Assembly (NCBI RefSeq): GCF_964355755.1
Contig: NC_092671.1
Span: 10,726,001-10,790,000 of the forward strand
Direction: 5' to 3'
Length of the DNA: 64,000 nt
From: Antedon mediterranea
Taxonomy: Eukaryota > Animalia > Echinodermata
The notes beneath the pieces are model-generated. The model ran no database searches. It had not been told where the DNA came from and saw nothing but the letters and a program-made list of their open reading frames with translations. How positions within the stretch are numbered: position 1 is the first letter of the stretch; the number at the start of each line of letters is the position of its first letter. A program made the translations under genes and the position numbers. This document shows, in pieces, positions 1-14,870 of the stretch.

Positions 1-88
1 GATGTAGCTACATTTATAGTACGGTACTTGGTGAATTAGAATTTAGGTTTCATAGCAGTATAAGTGATTATTAAGAGGGTCCTATTAT

Positions 89-203
89 AAAGCTCTGTCT
101 AGTGTGATGTGCCCAAATATGGTAGTGATATGACATCATCATGTCCATATATTGGCACATCAAGTTTTTGTCACATAAAGTTTGATAGTGTAGACAGAGC
201 TTA
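89..203. mobile_element. Short MITE, family copy 1 (TIR AGCTCTGTCTACACTATCAAAC, TAA/TTA flanks; Tourist/PIF-Harbinger-like)
   Basis: aagctctgtcta...gtttgatagtgtagacagagctt; related copies at 16532, 16747 and 22771. Superfamily assignment is inference from the TAA/TTA flanks. Confidence 0.65.
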
Positions 204-1938
204 AGACGGTATGGTACATTAACAGTAACATTTGTCCAATGCAACTTCCACTTAATAGTAAATTTAACCCCATCGTAATATGCATCGCAATAGCGGCTTG
301 TAAATATGCTACAATTTCAGTTCAAATATTGGGTTCTTTATTGAAGTGAGCAAAGTTTAAGTATTATATATATATAATGTAGCGTTATGTTTGAACAGTA
401 GAATATAGTGGATGTTTGTTTAAACCATCACCCCTCTATATGTGTAATCTACGCTTGTTCTTGAAAGTAAATAAAGCACTTGACTATCCAATACCGTAGT
501 CCACTATTCAATCAAAATGAGTTATTATGAAATTCTTAACAAAACCTGATACTATTAAATGTATAGTCAGCAAAAATAGTACTTTTTAAATTTGGTAAAA
601 CATATTGGCCCAAGAAAATAGGTGGGGGGGGGGGAGAGGTGCAACACTGGGCCAACCTCTGTGTCACTGGATCTACCACAATTGAGATATCATGGTGGTA
701 CAATACATTATGACTACCATGTTACTGTATTGTAAGTAGTGAGATACAGTAGGGGTATACAGTAGTACAGTAGTATGAAATTCCATCTAAGTTCTCTGTT
801 ATTTGCAATATACAAATATGTTTTAAATTGTTGTGGTGGCATTTGTAGGTTGTTATATACCACCTGTGTTACATTTAATGCTAAATATAATCAGACCTTC
901 TACTCTTTAGTTGCACAGTGCAAAGGAATATACTGTATATACTGGTGCCCTAAGTTAGTTTCCAAGCATATCTATACCACTCTGTACTTTTTGGTATTTC
1001 AAACTTTTTTTAACCGAAAATGCCAACATTCCAGTTTAGGTTAGATGTCAACATGTTAAAGTCTTTAGATCTGCTTATACTTTATTCATAGGGTGCGTTG
1101 GGGTGTGGGTGTGGGGGGGGGGGGGGGAGGAAGGGAACCAATAAGTGTCTGTGAAAAAGATTTAAAGTTCCATACATTAAGCAATGTTAGTAATACCTAC
1201 TTTGCTTTAATCATTGGGTTAAAAATATATTTGGCTGTCATGACCTTTTCTTTAGCTCGAAAATTAACAATTTTCAATGTATGTCATTCATTTGTTTGTT
1301 GGTAATGTTAGTGTAATAAATCCGATGATAACCTACAGAACACTGTAGACTTTTTTATTTATGTATACAGTACTGTATATGCCTTTAAATTATGTCATCA
1401 TATTATAAGGTTTTTGATCTTGATAAATGATATTCTACTTGCCAAAACAAAATTAAATCAACTGTTTTAGGCTGGCGGCCTTGACTTGTGATAGGAACAT
1501 GGGAGCCAAAAGAATATGCTAATTATTATATCCTTCTAAGCTACTTAAAATATTGAGGTTTTGGGATTTCATTTCTATTTTTATATAATGGATTTATACA
1601 TTAAATTTTGCTATCAAATATACTGTTTTGAATTGGTAATAAAAAATAGTGTACTTCTTTTAAATTGAAGTCTCTGTTGGTTTCATTTAATGTTTAAGAA
1701 AATAAATGTTTAATATTCTGTATGTATACAAAATATACATTTTTATCCATGGTGAATTATTTGCAGGGAAATATGAATTTGTTTAATTTTAAATTTTGTT
1801 TCAATAAAATAATTAAATTAAAAAAACACAATTGTTAATTTGAAAACAACTTGAATTGAAAGGATATTATTTTTGGGTGTTCTCCAATTTTTTGTACAAC
1901 GCGATAAACAAGTTTGATTCTTTGATTTTTTTATATAG

Positions 1939-2483
1939 ACGCATCAGGAGTGGATGGAGAAGCAATGAATCCATGGTGTAGTATTGCCTACTGGGAGAAT
2001 CGTACACGAGTTGGTCGAATGTTTCCTGTGATGTCAGACTTTGTAAATATATTCTATGAGCTACCTCATGGTGACGGGTTTTGTCTCGGTCATCTTCAAA
2101 CGGAATCACGATCAGAAAATGTTATAAGAACAAGGACAAAAATTGGATACGGTTTAGTATTAAGTAAGGAGTTAGACGGTGTATGGATTTATAACAGGAG
2201 TAACTACGCACTTTTTATAAATTCGCCAACGTTAGACGATCCACAATCACGAACGTTAACTGTAGTAAAAGTTTTACCGGGATTCTCAATCAAAGCTTTT
2301 GATTATACATTAGCGGAAATTCTGGAAGTTACACGGAAAGAACCGGATGTTCCAGTTGGTCCTACGGATCCAAACTCTCTTAGAATTAGCTTTGTGAAAG
2401 GTTGGGGAGGACGTTATACAAGACAACTCATAACATCATGTCCGTGTTGGGTTGAAATTATATTAAGCGTACCATCAAGATAG
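1939..2483 (+). CDS. SMAD6: Terminal exon of an inhibitory Smad (Smad6/7), MH2 domain; upstream exons lie outside the window
   Basis: Acceptor ttttttatatag ends at 1938. Translation WCSIAYWE..RVGR...GFCLG...IGYG...DGVWIYNRS..FINSPTL..KVLPGFSIKAFD..DPNSLRISFVKGWG..YTRQ.ITSCPCWVE is an I-Smad MH2 with no C-terminal SSxS. Smad6 vs Smad7 cannot be resolved (likely a single Smad6/7). Confidence 0.93.
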
Positions 2484-5400
2484 CGATTGTGTTATCCATG
2501 GCTTTTTCATAGATCCATGGGTTTTTATCTTTACCAGGACTATTTCCATATATATAAAGTTTTATGGATGATGATGGGATATTTTTTTGTAATAATACAT
2601 TAAACAACAATAAAGCAATTAATCAAATTTAGTAATTTTATTCTGTAGTTTTTTTTTACATATCTTAGTATATTGTATTTATGTCAATGTTCTTTCACAA
2701 ACTGTCCTTGAATCTTGATAAAGATGTCCTACCTAAAACTTATTATACATAGAAATAATGTATGAGCTGTTAATTTACATCCTAAGAAATATATTTGTAT
2801 AGAAATAACCATATCAGAAAATGTTCTATAATATATTTCTTATTATATTTTTGAAAATAATTTTTTCGTCTTATTTATTTGATGATTTAAATTTATTGAT
2901 GATGAGGAAATGGGTTGTACAATGTAGTCTCATGAAAATAAGAACTCGTATTCATTATTACTAGAGCAAAATAAAACTAATAGTATGTTGTTGTATAATA
3001 TTTATTGAAGAACGAATTGTATTCAATTTATCAGTGTTATCCTCACAAAATCGATTCATAATGCATCTGGATAGACTTGCAATTTTACAAACAATTAGTT
3101 TATGTTAGCTATACAGCCAACAAGTCTAGATATACCCTTTACAAATCGAAAACTTCTACTCAAAACAACTAGATTCAAACAATAAGCTTGTTTTTATCAT
3201 ATGCTGGCACAAGAAGGCAGCTACCTACACTGAGCAGATGGCATGCTTCCCAACGCCGTCTGTATCCAGAATCTGCTTTCGACATTTAAACATATTCAGA
3301 TAAATGCAAAAAAACAAAATAAAAGGACTGTGTGTGCCATATTTGTAACTGTCAGTATTGTCGAATCTGAGAATGTAATTGTGGAAAGCTTATTGTGTTT
3401 ATAAGCCAAGTAGGCTTTATAAATGCCTTAAGGGAGCTGAGCAGCTTTGTTACAATACTCTACCCTTAGTATTCATTGCTAAGTAGTCACAGAAGGTAAA
3501 GATCTGTAAAAAGACTACGTTCACCAAAACAAACGTACAACACAAAAGGGGCCACTAAAGCCAGCTATCAAGTTTAAATCCTTACCATTTTATTACCGAA
3601 TACCCTTTTTACCATTTATTTATATGTGTACACTTTAAATACACACATCATTTTATGTATTACTGTGTACAATGATTCATTCATATATTGAATTCCCATT
3701 CAATATAATATCAACAGCATTTTGAAATGATGTTTATAATATTAATAAGTTGTCCAAAAATATTTATATTGGCAGTACTGTAATTTGCTTTTGTTTTTGT
3801 TAATCGATAATATGAAATTAATGTATTGTATTCGGTAAAACATCTTATATCTTGTTTTGAGAACCATTTGCATAAAAGTGATCTGAAATATATCTATATT
3901 TATATGAATTATCTTTGTGTATTATAATTTAATTATAATATAAGTAAGAATACTGTATGAATGATCACAACAGTAATTTTCCAAAAACAGCATGTTTATT
4001 TCTTCCTCTTTGAATGGTATGTGATTACCTAAACAGATTTTCACCCCTCCCCACCCCTGAACCCTTCCAAAACAAATACTCGTAAATTTACATTGGAATT
4101 GATTATTTTCAGAAAAATTTTGCATTTCTTTCCACATGGATGGGTTTATGGGAGTGTTTGGCATTTTCCTGTTTAAAATTCTCAACATGTGCTGTTTTTT
4201 CCTTCAGAATGCATAAAAAGTGAAATATATTCAAATTGTTATAAAGAATAAATTGAAAATTTAATGTATACAATTTTAAGCAGTTGGGGAAAATAATTAC
4301 AGTCATACATAATGAACCTACTAGGCCTATGATTAAATTAACTAAACCAACAAAAATTCTAATTTACACAACAATTTTTGAAATTTTTTAATTTTGCAAT
4401 ATACGAATGAAATTTATAATCTCTGTTTTTGGAGGGAAAAAGAATAATTTGTGGTCAAAAGTATTCAATGTAAGAAAACTTGTCCTATTTAATTCTGGAA
4501 ATTAAATCATTTTAAATGAAGAATAAGAACTAACGTAATCTAATTTTAGTTTAAACGTTTGAACTCTAATAATCATGTTGGCTAAATGCAATATGTTTTT
4601 AATACTGATAATTTGCATTATGGGTGCCAATAATACTCACTTATCTATTATGCTCACAGACAGCAATTTATCTTGATAGATAATAACTTATTTGTGATGC
4701 TGTATTGTTGTTTTATTGTGGTCATTGTAGAGACAAGATTCTTCGAGGCAATTGGTTGAGATAGTTCTGTAAACATACTCACACCATTAATTACTGTGCA
4801 CTTCCGTTGGTTCAACATTTTACTATTACAGTACACTATATGCGCCTTTTTACCGACTATTTCTTCTGTGTGGCCAACTCTGTTATACCACTAAACCTTC
4901 TGCCTGTAACCCTTTACATTCCCTGTTCTGTATTCAAATATTGTTTTGTTGAGTAAGAAATATATTAGATATATACAAAATAGATGACCATATGCTTGGC
5001 AGACAAATAAACAAAGCATTATGTAATGTTATGATAGGTTTTTAAAAACCCTTTAGAAAAATTAAAATAGCGAGAGCTGTTTGAACAATAAGGTCACTGA
5101 TTAACTTTGTATTCAAATGCTGTAGATGATTTGTAGAAATAAGACATTTATTTGCATTCTTAAATTGTTAAATCACAGGGTAGAAAGAAATCATTAACTT
5201 TAAATATCACTGCCATTGTCACTAATCGCCTTTCCTAATAGTAATACAATCAATGTCTTCTACAAATACAGTTTTTTTTTGGGCAACTTTATACATTGTA
5301 CTAACTCAGGTGGCTTATTTGCATATTAAATAAACATTTACATATTCATATAGAAATAGGGATTACATTCAGACTGCAATAGAACCCAAAAGTATGCTGT

Positions 5401-8400
5401 TTTCTTTATTTTATTTTTAGAAGTTTTCGTTCATAAAAAAACTATATGCAGTACAGTATCTATGTACATAGCTTACATAGCTAAATTAATTTTCTACCTT
5501 AACCATAGATAAATTAATTTTTACAGTCACAGAAGAAATTCTAAACCTCCTGGTGATATACTGAAAATTAATTAATTTGGAAAAGATAAAAAAGATGAGG
5601 AAATCTTTGATAATGAGAAAAAGCCAGAAGAATTGAACTCTGAATAATTTGATTGGATAGCGATTGTTATACAGTATACACATAATTAGTGCTTTAGTTG
5701 GAAACCTTGTTTATTCCATAAGTGAGGGGACCGGTGATGCCACTGACATCAATGACATATAATAATAATAATGTTGGTTTAGAGTTTATGCCAAACATAA
5801 TGACCATTTTCTTCACTAGGCCTGTATCTATTTATATACGAATTAGTTTACACAATAACTGTATATTTTCACTGGGTTGTAAATTACTGTACACAATAAT
5901 ACAAGTGATATTGAATAGTATATAAATAATTAATATCAATAATTATCTTGATCTTCTGCGAAGATTGTTCTTGTTCATGCCTTTGAAATGTTTTTTATAT
6001 TTATTTATTATATGGATTTATTAAATTTGATAATTGCTTTGTTGTTGTTGTTCTGACATGGTAACAGTTGCCATGTCAACATGATAATATGACGGGTGCG
6101 AAACTAAACTGTAAAGAACAAATCGCCTATAGGCCTCTTGTATATGTTACTTTTTTATTGAAATATATTACATACACAAAATCGTTCTAAGTAACAATAA
6201 AGACATTGTATTTGAACAGAGAAAAACGTACTTTGTGTTGTGTAGTAGATATTTTGGTAAACATTATTTACTGAAATTGATGTAGAATTATTTCATCTAT
6301 TTCACATGTCGACCCCAAGATTAGATCTCCACAAATTACAACATTTTACTGTTTAAGTGAGTTGTTGTTGCAAATACTGTGCAAAAAAGAGAAAAGGGTA
6401 AAGGTTGGTAAAGGCCACGTTTTGCAAGAGGGCGCTCTATCGAAATATGAAATCAAGTTATTGAATAAAATTGATTTATAAATCAGTATTTTTAGATATA
6501 CTATATGTATACTATTATGTGATACCAATTCATACAGTACAGTATAAACTGATACATCATTTAATATGTATGCACATTGTCAAAATCGTGATATTGATAG
6601 CCATTTAAACATTCGACGAGTCTGATTATAAAATTTCAACTTATTTCTCTGTGACATTTTGACCGGTCAAATAGTGTCAATTGACTGACTTACCTTCGTC
6701 CGTTTAAAAACGTAAATAGTGTTCAAGTAAACTGTCAGTGAATTGCATATTCGCATGGTCATATTGCTTATAACTTAGATGGATATTGATTTGTTTGAAT
6801 GTAAACGATGGAGATGCGCTCATAATTAAAGTTTTATGATAATTAAAATCGTGGATGAAATACGGTAATAACAAGTATTTTGCACCAATTCATTTACATA
6901 CAGTATAAAAGGAAAACATTTGACAAATATCTTGCAGTATAAACCAAATACTGTATTTAGTATCGTGTAGGCCTAAGTATAGTAAAGCCTATCATACAGA
7001 TAATATGGATGTATTCAGTATACGACATTTAAAATGTAAAGCTATTGAGAAATAGATACTTATGTATAAGACTTATTTCACCATGGTTAAAAAAAACTTA
7101 AATGAGCCTCGGCGATTGAATGTAGGTCTGAGACCTCCATGGTCTGAGCATACATATGCGATAAATATTCTGTTCTTGATTATACCATGGAGTAGTAAAC
7201 ACCATGAGTATACGAATCGTACGAGTCGAATTTTAATTGTGTAATTATTTTGTCACCGGCTACTATATATCTTTCAACAAATGTATAATGATAGTCCAAC
7301 ATTCGAGTAGCGAGAGTCCGAAGATACATACTATGATGGAATATTGCAATACGTGACAATTGTGACGAAGTAGGGGACGTATAGTTTGAAAATGAAGAAG
7401 ACGACATTGCGGCGTCAACGATAGCATCTAATTGTCTACGTTATCTCCCATAACTTACCTCTTATTTTAGATTTTTAGTTTATTTCTTATTATGTGAATG
7501 CTTTTATGTCAGCGGTACACTGGTTTCGGTTTTTTCGGTTACCGTCTTCTAATTCGCATACGCGAAATGTGTAAATCAACCTGTGCGTGTAGATGCGTAC
7601 ACCAAATGTACGTGTGGGCAGGGAAACTGAGCGATTTATATTATGTTTCAAAAGTCAAATAGAATCCGTAGAATGAATTGATTTGTGCCTGAGACGATAT
7701 ATTATTGTTTTGATGTAAAAAATCTGTCTCAACACAAGCTTCGGATAATTTGCTTTGGACAACATTATTTGTTAATATCGAATCGGTTTTTTTTTTACTT
7801 TGTTGGGTAACAAATATTATTTGGTTATGTTTATGGATGATGGGGTTTGGGACTTTCAGTAGCTTATCTTTACCAATATAATTTGTTTTATTATTAAAAC
7901 CGTTTGTATCATTAATACAATTACTGTCAGATAAAAATAAGGTATCCAAGGTCAACGGCTTACCATGGTTACAGCGCGCCTACGTCACAAAAATACAATA
8001 CGCTTTTCCTCCTGTACGCTTGTTTATATACGCGCACAACGTACATCCGGTTTTGGACGCAGCGCTTCTGTTGTAGCATTGCATAGTTAGTTCACCAAAT
8101 AGAAACAATATTGCCGAATTATCTACTATAGTTTAATTTATAATAATATTTATTTTTACATGTTATTTATAGATTTAATTACTAAGTCAGGTATATAACG
8201 GCGCCGCTATGTCGTGCCCAAGTATCTATTTCACACATATTTAAAACAAAATTGATGCGCGCTTAATGATTTCACCTATAGAAAAAACAATTTCACCTTC
8301 TTTGATATGCAAATTTTGTAATAATGCAGACAGCAATAACAACCATTGTTAAGCTTCAACTTTAATTAGACAGCTATTCATAGTAGGCATACATAGTTTC

Positions 8401-11400
8401 TGTAGGGCGTGGAGAAATACTTTATGGTATAGGCCTACCCTATAACCTAGTCCTATGCACTATTAAAGTGTCGTTTAAAAAAATAGTGGTAAAGACGTTT
8501 TGTCGCGAAAAAGATCTTTTCTTTCCTGTAACATTTACAGTGTACATCCAATTCGCCCAACTTTGAATCAAACATTTGAAAATAAAATCCATTAAACAGT
8601 AACACAAAGTTATAATTTCACGTGTCTACAAGCTAGATTAAGAAACACCACGACAGTCTGCCAGCGGCAATAACCTGGTTAGATATCAAACACTTATTCG
8701 ATTTAAAAAATCACATTTTCCAAATATTAAAATGTAATTGTTTGTACATACTATAAGGAGAAATCGGATTCTTATAGTGTCTTTTATATGATTTAGGTTG
8801 TACACAGCATGAAACTGAAGTATGAAAGTTACCAATACTTATCAGATACTTCCTGTGCGCCGGTATACAGTTACCGTGAAAGTATTACTTTATAATTGTT
8901 GCTTTTAATGGTTTTAAATAGGAAATTGAAACAAAAAGAGGAATTATTTATTTCCCCCAAACTGCATTGTTCCATGTTTGTGTGGTTAATTGCCATGGGC
9001 TAGTTTTCAGCAGCCGATCAGCAATACCAAAACTTGTGCGTTTTGAATGTTTTAACTTTCGATATTGTGCTATATGATATGATACATTGAAAATGACAAT
9101 TATAAAATTATATTAAAAATGTTATCCGACCCCTGTTTTTCAAGTTATTTCGTGATTGGGCAACGTTTTGTTCATAGGACTAGGTTTCGTAGATGAACAC
9201 AAACGTTTGGTGGGCATATGGTGTTTATTTTGAATGTACCGCAGTCAAATTATTAGCGCCGCATTGAAACCTCGACAAATTAAAGCGTCGCGGTGTTGAT
9301 CATTGTACTTCCTGAAGTCTGGTCTCAGCGGAGTTGAGCGTTCATCCTCTGGCGTTAACGGTATAGACTTATTATTCAACTCATTATCACCATCAAAAAC
9401 ACCGAAAAGTTAAAGAAATTACTAATAGTAGCAGAGTGTACTATTCGAACTTGAGAATCGGTTCCACTCATCCAAATCCTGTTAATGTCGCCACGAATAA
9501 TATTATCATTGCTATGATTTTAAATATGTAGTTGAATAAAGTTCAATAACTTTTGCTATCCTTGAATAAAACTGTTAACCATGTTTGTATAACATATCAT
9601 CATTAATAACAATGCATTTAAGGCCAATTCTTTTGCCCACACCAGATTAGGGATTTGAACTCCTCGAATAAAATGAGGGTATACTGTAGTTACGAAAGTA
9701 ACGTAGGCCTGTATATTGCCTTGAACCATACTCTTTATTGCGTGGATGGATGGATAGTCTGCTGTGTTTTAGATTGGTAGTTCAATCAGTAATTTCACTA
9801 AATACTTCGCTTCAATAACTCACGAATGTGTTGTTATTTGCACAATTCAATCTCTAATAACATAGTCAATAAAGGTCGCTGAACTATTATCGCTAATTAG
9901 CTTTAATACAAACAGTATTGAAAGCTAATTACCAAGATACATAACTAATAATATATAGCCCCTTCACTTAATTACGTTCGCAATAAACAAAGTATTGCAT
10001 TTTTCATTCGTTTTGGTCTGTTGGTAGATATCGCTCGTTATGTGGGGACATTCATGGCGCCAGAATCGGACACGTTTCAGTCCCCATTACACATACAACT
10101 TACTATCATAGAATGATTGTACGAACTCCCCCGTACCGTAAATTGGAACTATATATTATGTGAAAGAAGTCATTTATTGCGTAAACTCCCCGGTAAACTC
10201 ATTTTGGCGTTCCATAATTAAATTTCATTTTGAGTTTGTAAAACTCCCAGACTTCCCACAATCACCACACTTTCTGTTTCATATCAAACAATTTAATAAG
10301 AGTCACCAATCTTAATGATAATACTTTAATACATCCAGTCAGACCATGGTCTCTGTATTAGCGATTTTATGCAGACGTAAATTTACAACCGTGGGCGCCA
10401 TAATTAAAATGGCGTTGATCACTTGACCAATGCTAATTAGTCAACGCATTTTTATTATTAAGTGCTATAAACACTGTCCAGAACTGGCGACTAGTGTCCA
10501 CAACAAGCGAGCCGGATCGAACGCCAATAACAATGATTAAAATCAATAGAAAATACATATGCCGCCTAAAATCCATTGTCAGCAGTTGGCTTATTATTCT
10601 TTCGTTGATGCCAGTCACGTGAAATAATAAATTATAATTATAACTTTAATTAAACTATTATTAGGTAATCTTCATCCACGCGACTGCCATGTCCCAGTTG
10701 GGACCCCTCCCCTCCCCCACCAAAAAAAAATAAGAATAGGACACGACACATCACAAGAAACCAACGAATCACATGATCGGACCCTCCTTCAAGGACCACC
10801 TCTATTAAAGATTAGAAGATAACCATAATTACTCATATTAATAGGGTTCTAAAATTCTTTAAAAAGTGAGCTATTTCTAAAAAGTTATTCAGCTTCACTT
10901 TATCTCTTTCTAGAACATCAAAAGGATGTTGTTTTCTCAAACTTCATCTCATTTATTACATAATGCTGACATTACATAACAATTCTATGCGTAAACCTGT
11001 CTGCTACTTAATGTATATTCTTCAGTTTTTCTTGGAGCCTGACTTATGAACATTGTCGATTCCATTGCAATGTTATCTCATTTTCATGATCCTATTAGGT
11101 CTCTATTCATATAGGTTAATGTAGCAGGTATTCGTTCTTACTTCGGCGCCAAGCTTTCCCAAAATGCCAATTATGTTACCAAATTAGAAACGAGCCAAGA
11201 AAATAGGAGGCCGTGATTTGAATTCAAATATATCCAACGAGCTCGTTGCAATATGTGATTTGTGTCGTGTTTGTTGTCAGATCGAAATTTTAAATCAAGA
11301 TTTTAATTCTTAAAGCAGTATACAGTTACCGGTGACTAATTCAGTATAATCACACTTAATATGCTTCAATCGCATGTTAAAACTATCGTCATCTTAACTT

Positions 11401-11672
11401 TCGTAAGGATAATCCTTTGAAATTCATCCATAAAAAATGCTTGCGTAACCATAATTTATGACCATTTCAAAACATAACTAACCAGGTAAATCAATAACAT
11501 CAAGAAAACTTCTGTAACATTTAATGACATTCGTTCCGTTCCACCCCTCCACTAAACCCCTATTCTACTTTCACGTTCAACGAAAGTGTTCGTGAAAACT
11601 GTTAATTGAGGATAATTCAAATACATGCATAAATATTATAATGGAGTAATATGTAATTTGAAATATACATAA

Positions 11673-11870
11673 AATTTTAATATTATAATAAAGTTACCAA
11701 AATTAATATTTTGTAATATGTAGGCCTACGGTATAACACATTTTAATATTATAATAAAGTTATCAAAATTAATATTTTGTAATTATACATAGGCCTAACA
11801 TATTTTAATATAATAAAGTTACCAAAATTAAACAAAAACAAAATTAATATTTTGTAATATGTAGGCCTAC
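11673..11870. repeat. Degenerate ~65-bp AT-rich tandem repeat, about 3 copies
   Basis: ttttaatattataataaagttaccaaaattaatattttgtaat...taggccta recurs three times. Confidence 0.75.
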
Positions 11871-12429
11871 AGTTTGTAGCCTAGTATTTTGCTTTAGTTT
11901 AGCATAAAGGAAATCATAAAAGGGCTCGTCCATAACATCGAGCCTTATGGGCTAGTCCAGCATTAATAGGTATTACGGAGAAACTAACTTACAATATTAT
12001 TATCTTACGTATTTAAATATATAAAAAAACTGAGTGCGTCTAAAATTAATTATAAAAGATATAATTTTGCTTTATATCCGAAATGTCTTTATTTCACATC
12101 TATTAGGATGGAGAGGATTAGACAGGTTGGCTTCAGACGATTAATTGCAAGATTACGTCTCTAACATAATTGAACATTATCATTAAAATAAACTACATTT
12201 TAATCCTTTTGGCATAGATACTGAGACAAATTTACAAAAGCGCGCCTACCATTCGTTTGCAAGATTTGCTTGGAAAACACATTGGTACGTTACAGCAGCA
12301 GGGCGAAGAATTACAGCTACAAACGATATTCTTGTCGATATTAATAATGGCGCCAAAAAGCAGACGATACATATTTTGTAGAAGAATTGATGGATCATCC
12401 GAACTGTTGCCTGTGATTGGCTACTAATT

Positions 12430-14870
12430 CCGTTTAAAAAAATTGGTAAATTTCGACCTTTTTTTTTCTCGATATAACTGGTTACTATAAAATAATTGAC
12501 ATGCGCAGAATACATTATTCGACTCTGCGCATGTTAAATATGATATAGTAACCAATTATGCAAAAAACTAAAAGGTTCGAAAATTTGGCAATTTTTAGGA
12601 AATTTCGCTGTAGACCTACTATACTAAAGAGATTTTTTTCAAAAAGTAGGCAAATTTCGACCTTTTCATATATATTTCGATATAACTGGTTAAAGCATAA
12701 TTGACATGCGCAGAACACGTTATTCGAAAATTTCCTTGTACTATAGCACAATTAACATGCGCAGAACCCATTAGTCGACTCTGCACATGTTTATTATGCT
12801 ATAGGAACCATTTATGTCAAAACTGGTTACATAGCACAGTTGACATGCGCAGAACCCATTATTCGCCTCTGCGCATGTTTATTATGCTATAGTAACCATT
12901 TATGTCAAAACTGGTTTACTGTAGTACTATTGACATGCGCAGAACCCATTATTCGTCTCTGCGCATGTTTATTATGCAATAGTAACCATTTATGTCAAAA
13001 AATAAAAGGGTCGAAAATCGGCCATTTTTTCGAAAATTTTCCTGTGCTATAGTACAGGGTTTTTTCAAAAAATGGACAATTTTCGACCTTTTTATTTTTC
13101 AATAAAACTTGTTCTATAGCACAATTGACATGCACAGAACCCATTATTCGCCTCTGCGCATGTTTATTAAGCTATAGTAACCATTTATGTCAAAACTGGT
13201 TACTGTAACACTATTGACATGCGCAGAACTTATTATTCGTCTCTGCGCATGTTTATTATGCAATAGAAACCATTTATGTCAAAAATAAAAGGGTTGAAAA
13301 TCGGCCATTTTTTGAAAATTGACATAAATGGTTACTATAGCACAATTAACATGCGCAGAAACCATTAGGGATTTTTCAAAAAAAGGCAAATTTTCGACCT
13401 TTTTCTTTTTCAATAAAACTGGTTACTATGGCACAATCAACATGCGCAGAACCCATTATTCGCCTCTGCGTATGTTTATTATGCTATAGTAACCATTTAT
13501 GTCAAAACTGGTTACTATAGCACAATTGACATGCGCAGAACCCATTAGTCGACTCTGCGGATTTTTATTATGCTATTAGTAACCATTTATGTCAAAACTG
13601 ATTACTGTAGCACTATTGACATGCACAGAACCCATTAATCGTCTCTGCGCATGTTTATTATGCAATAGAAACCATTTATGTCAAAAAATAAAATGGTGGA
13701 AAATCGGCAATTTTTCGAAAATTTCCCCGTACTATTGTACATGGATATTTCAAAAAATTGCAAATTTTCGACCTATTTATTTCGATAAAACTGGTTACTA
13801 TAGCACAATTAACATGCGCAGAACCCATTAGTCGCCTCTGCGCATGTTTATTATGCTATAGTAACCATTTATGTCAAAACTGGTTACTATAGCACAATTG
13901 ACATGTGCAGAACCCATTAGTCGACTCTGCACATGTTTATTATGCTATAGCAACCATTTATGTCAAAAGTAACCACTTTTGACATAAATATATATATAGC
14001 ATAAATATAGCATAATAAACATGCGCAGAGTCGATTAATGGGTTCTGCGCATGTCAATTGTGCAATAGTAACCATTTATGTCAAAAAATAAAAGGGTCGG
14101 AAATCGACCATTTTTCGAAAATTTCCCCTTTTTTACATAACTGGTTACTATATCATAATTAACATGCGCAGAGTCGAATAATGGGTTCTGCGCATTGTGC
14201 TATCATAACCACTTTTGACATAAATGGTTACTATAGCATAATTGACATGCGCAGAACCCATTATTCGACTCTGCGCATGTTAACTACGATATAGTAACCA
14301 GTTATGACAAAGGGACGAAAGTTGGCCTTTTTTAGAAAATTTTCCTGTACTAGGACTATAGTATAGGGATTTTTTCAAAAAATAGGCAAATTTCGAACTT
14401 TTTATTTTTCGATATAACTGGTTACTAAAGCATAATTGACATTATTCGACTTTGCGCATGTTAACTACGATATAGTAACCAGTTATGTCAAAAAATAAAA
14501 GGGACGAAAATTTCCCTATACTAGGTCTATAGTATATGGATTTTTTTCAAAAAATAGGCAAATTTCGAACTTTTTATTTTTCGATATAACTGGTTACTAA
14601 AGCATAATTGACATTATTCGACTTTGCGCATGTTAACTACGATATAGTAACCAGTTATGTCAAAAAATGAAAGGGACGAAAATTGGCCTTTTTTCGAAAA
14701 TTTCCCTGTACTAGGTCTATAGTATATGGATTTTTTCAAAAAATAGGCAAATTTCGAACTTTTTATTTTTAGATATAACTGGTTAGTAAAGCATAATTGA
14801 CATACGCAGAACACGTTATTTGACTCTGCGCATGCCATACATATGCAGAACACGTTATATGATTCTATAT
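12430..14870. repeat. Complex satellite made of two self-complementary units (~89 bp and ~110 bp) with internal inversions
   Basis: Unit A: actggttactatagcacaattgacatgcgcagaacccattattcgcctctgcgcatgtttattatgctatagtaaccatttatgtcaaa. Unit B: aaaataaaagggtcgaaaat...attttcgacctttttatttt. Inverted A copies occur near 13975-14230. Confidence 0.9.

Noticed and set aside
3900-8000. Short ORFs downstream of Smad6/7
   Set aside because: AT-rich, low-complexity translations with no motifs; more likely 3'UTR or intergenic DNA
12430-14870. CRISPR-like array or repeated Cys-rich ORFs
   Set aside because: There are no unique spacers and no cas genes, and the context is eukaryotic. The ORFs are translations of satellite DNA.
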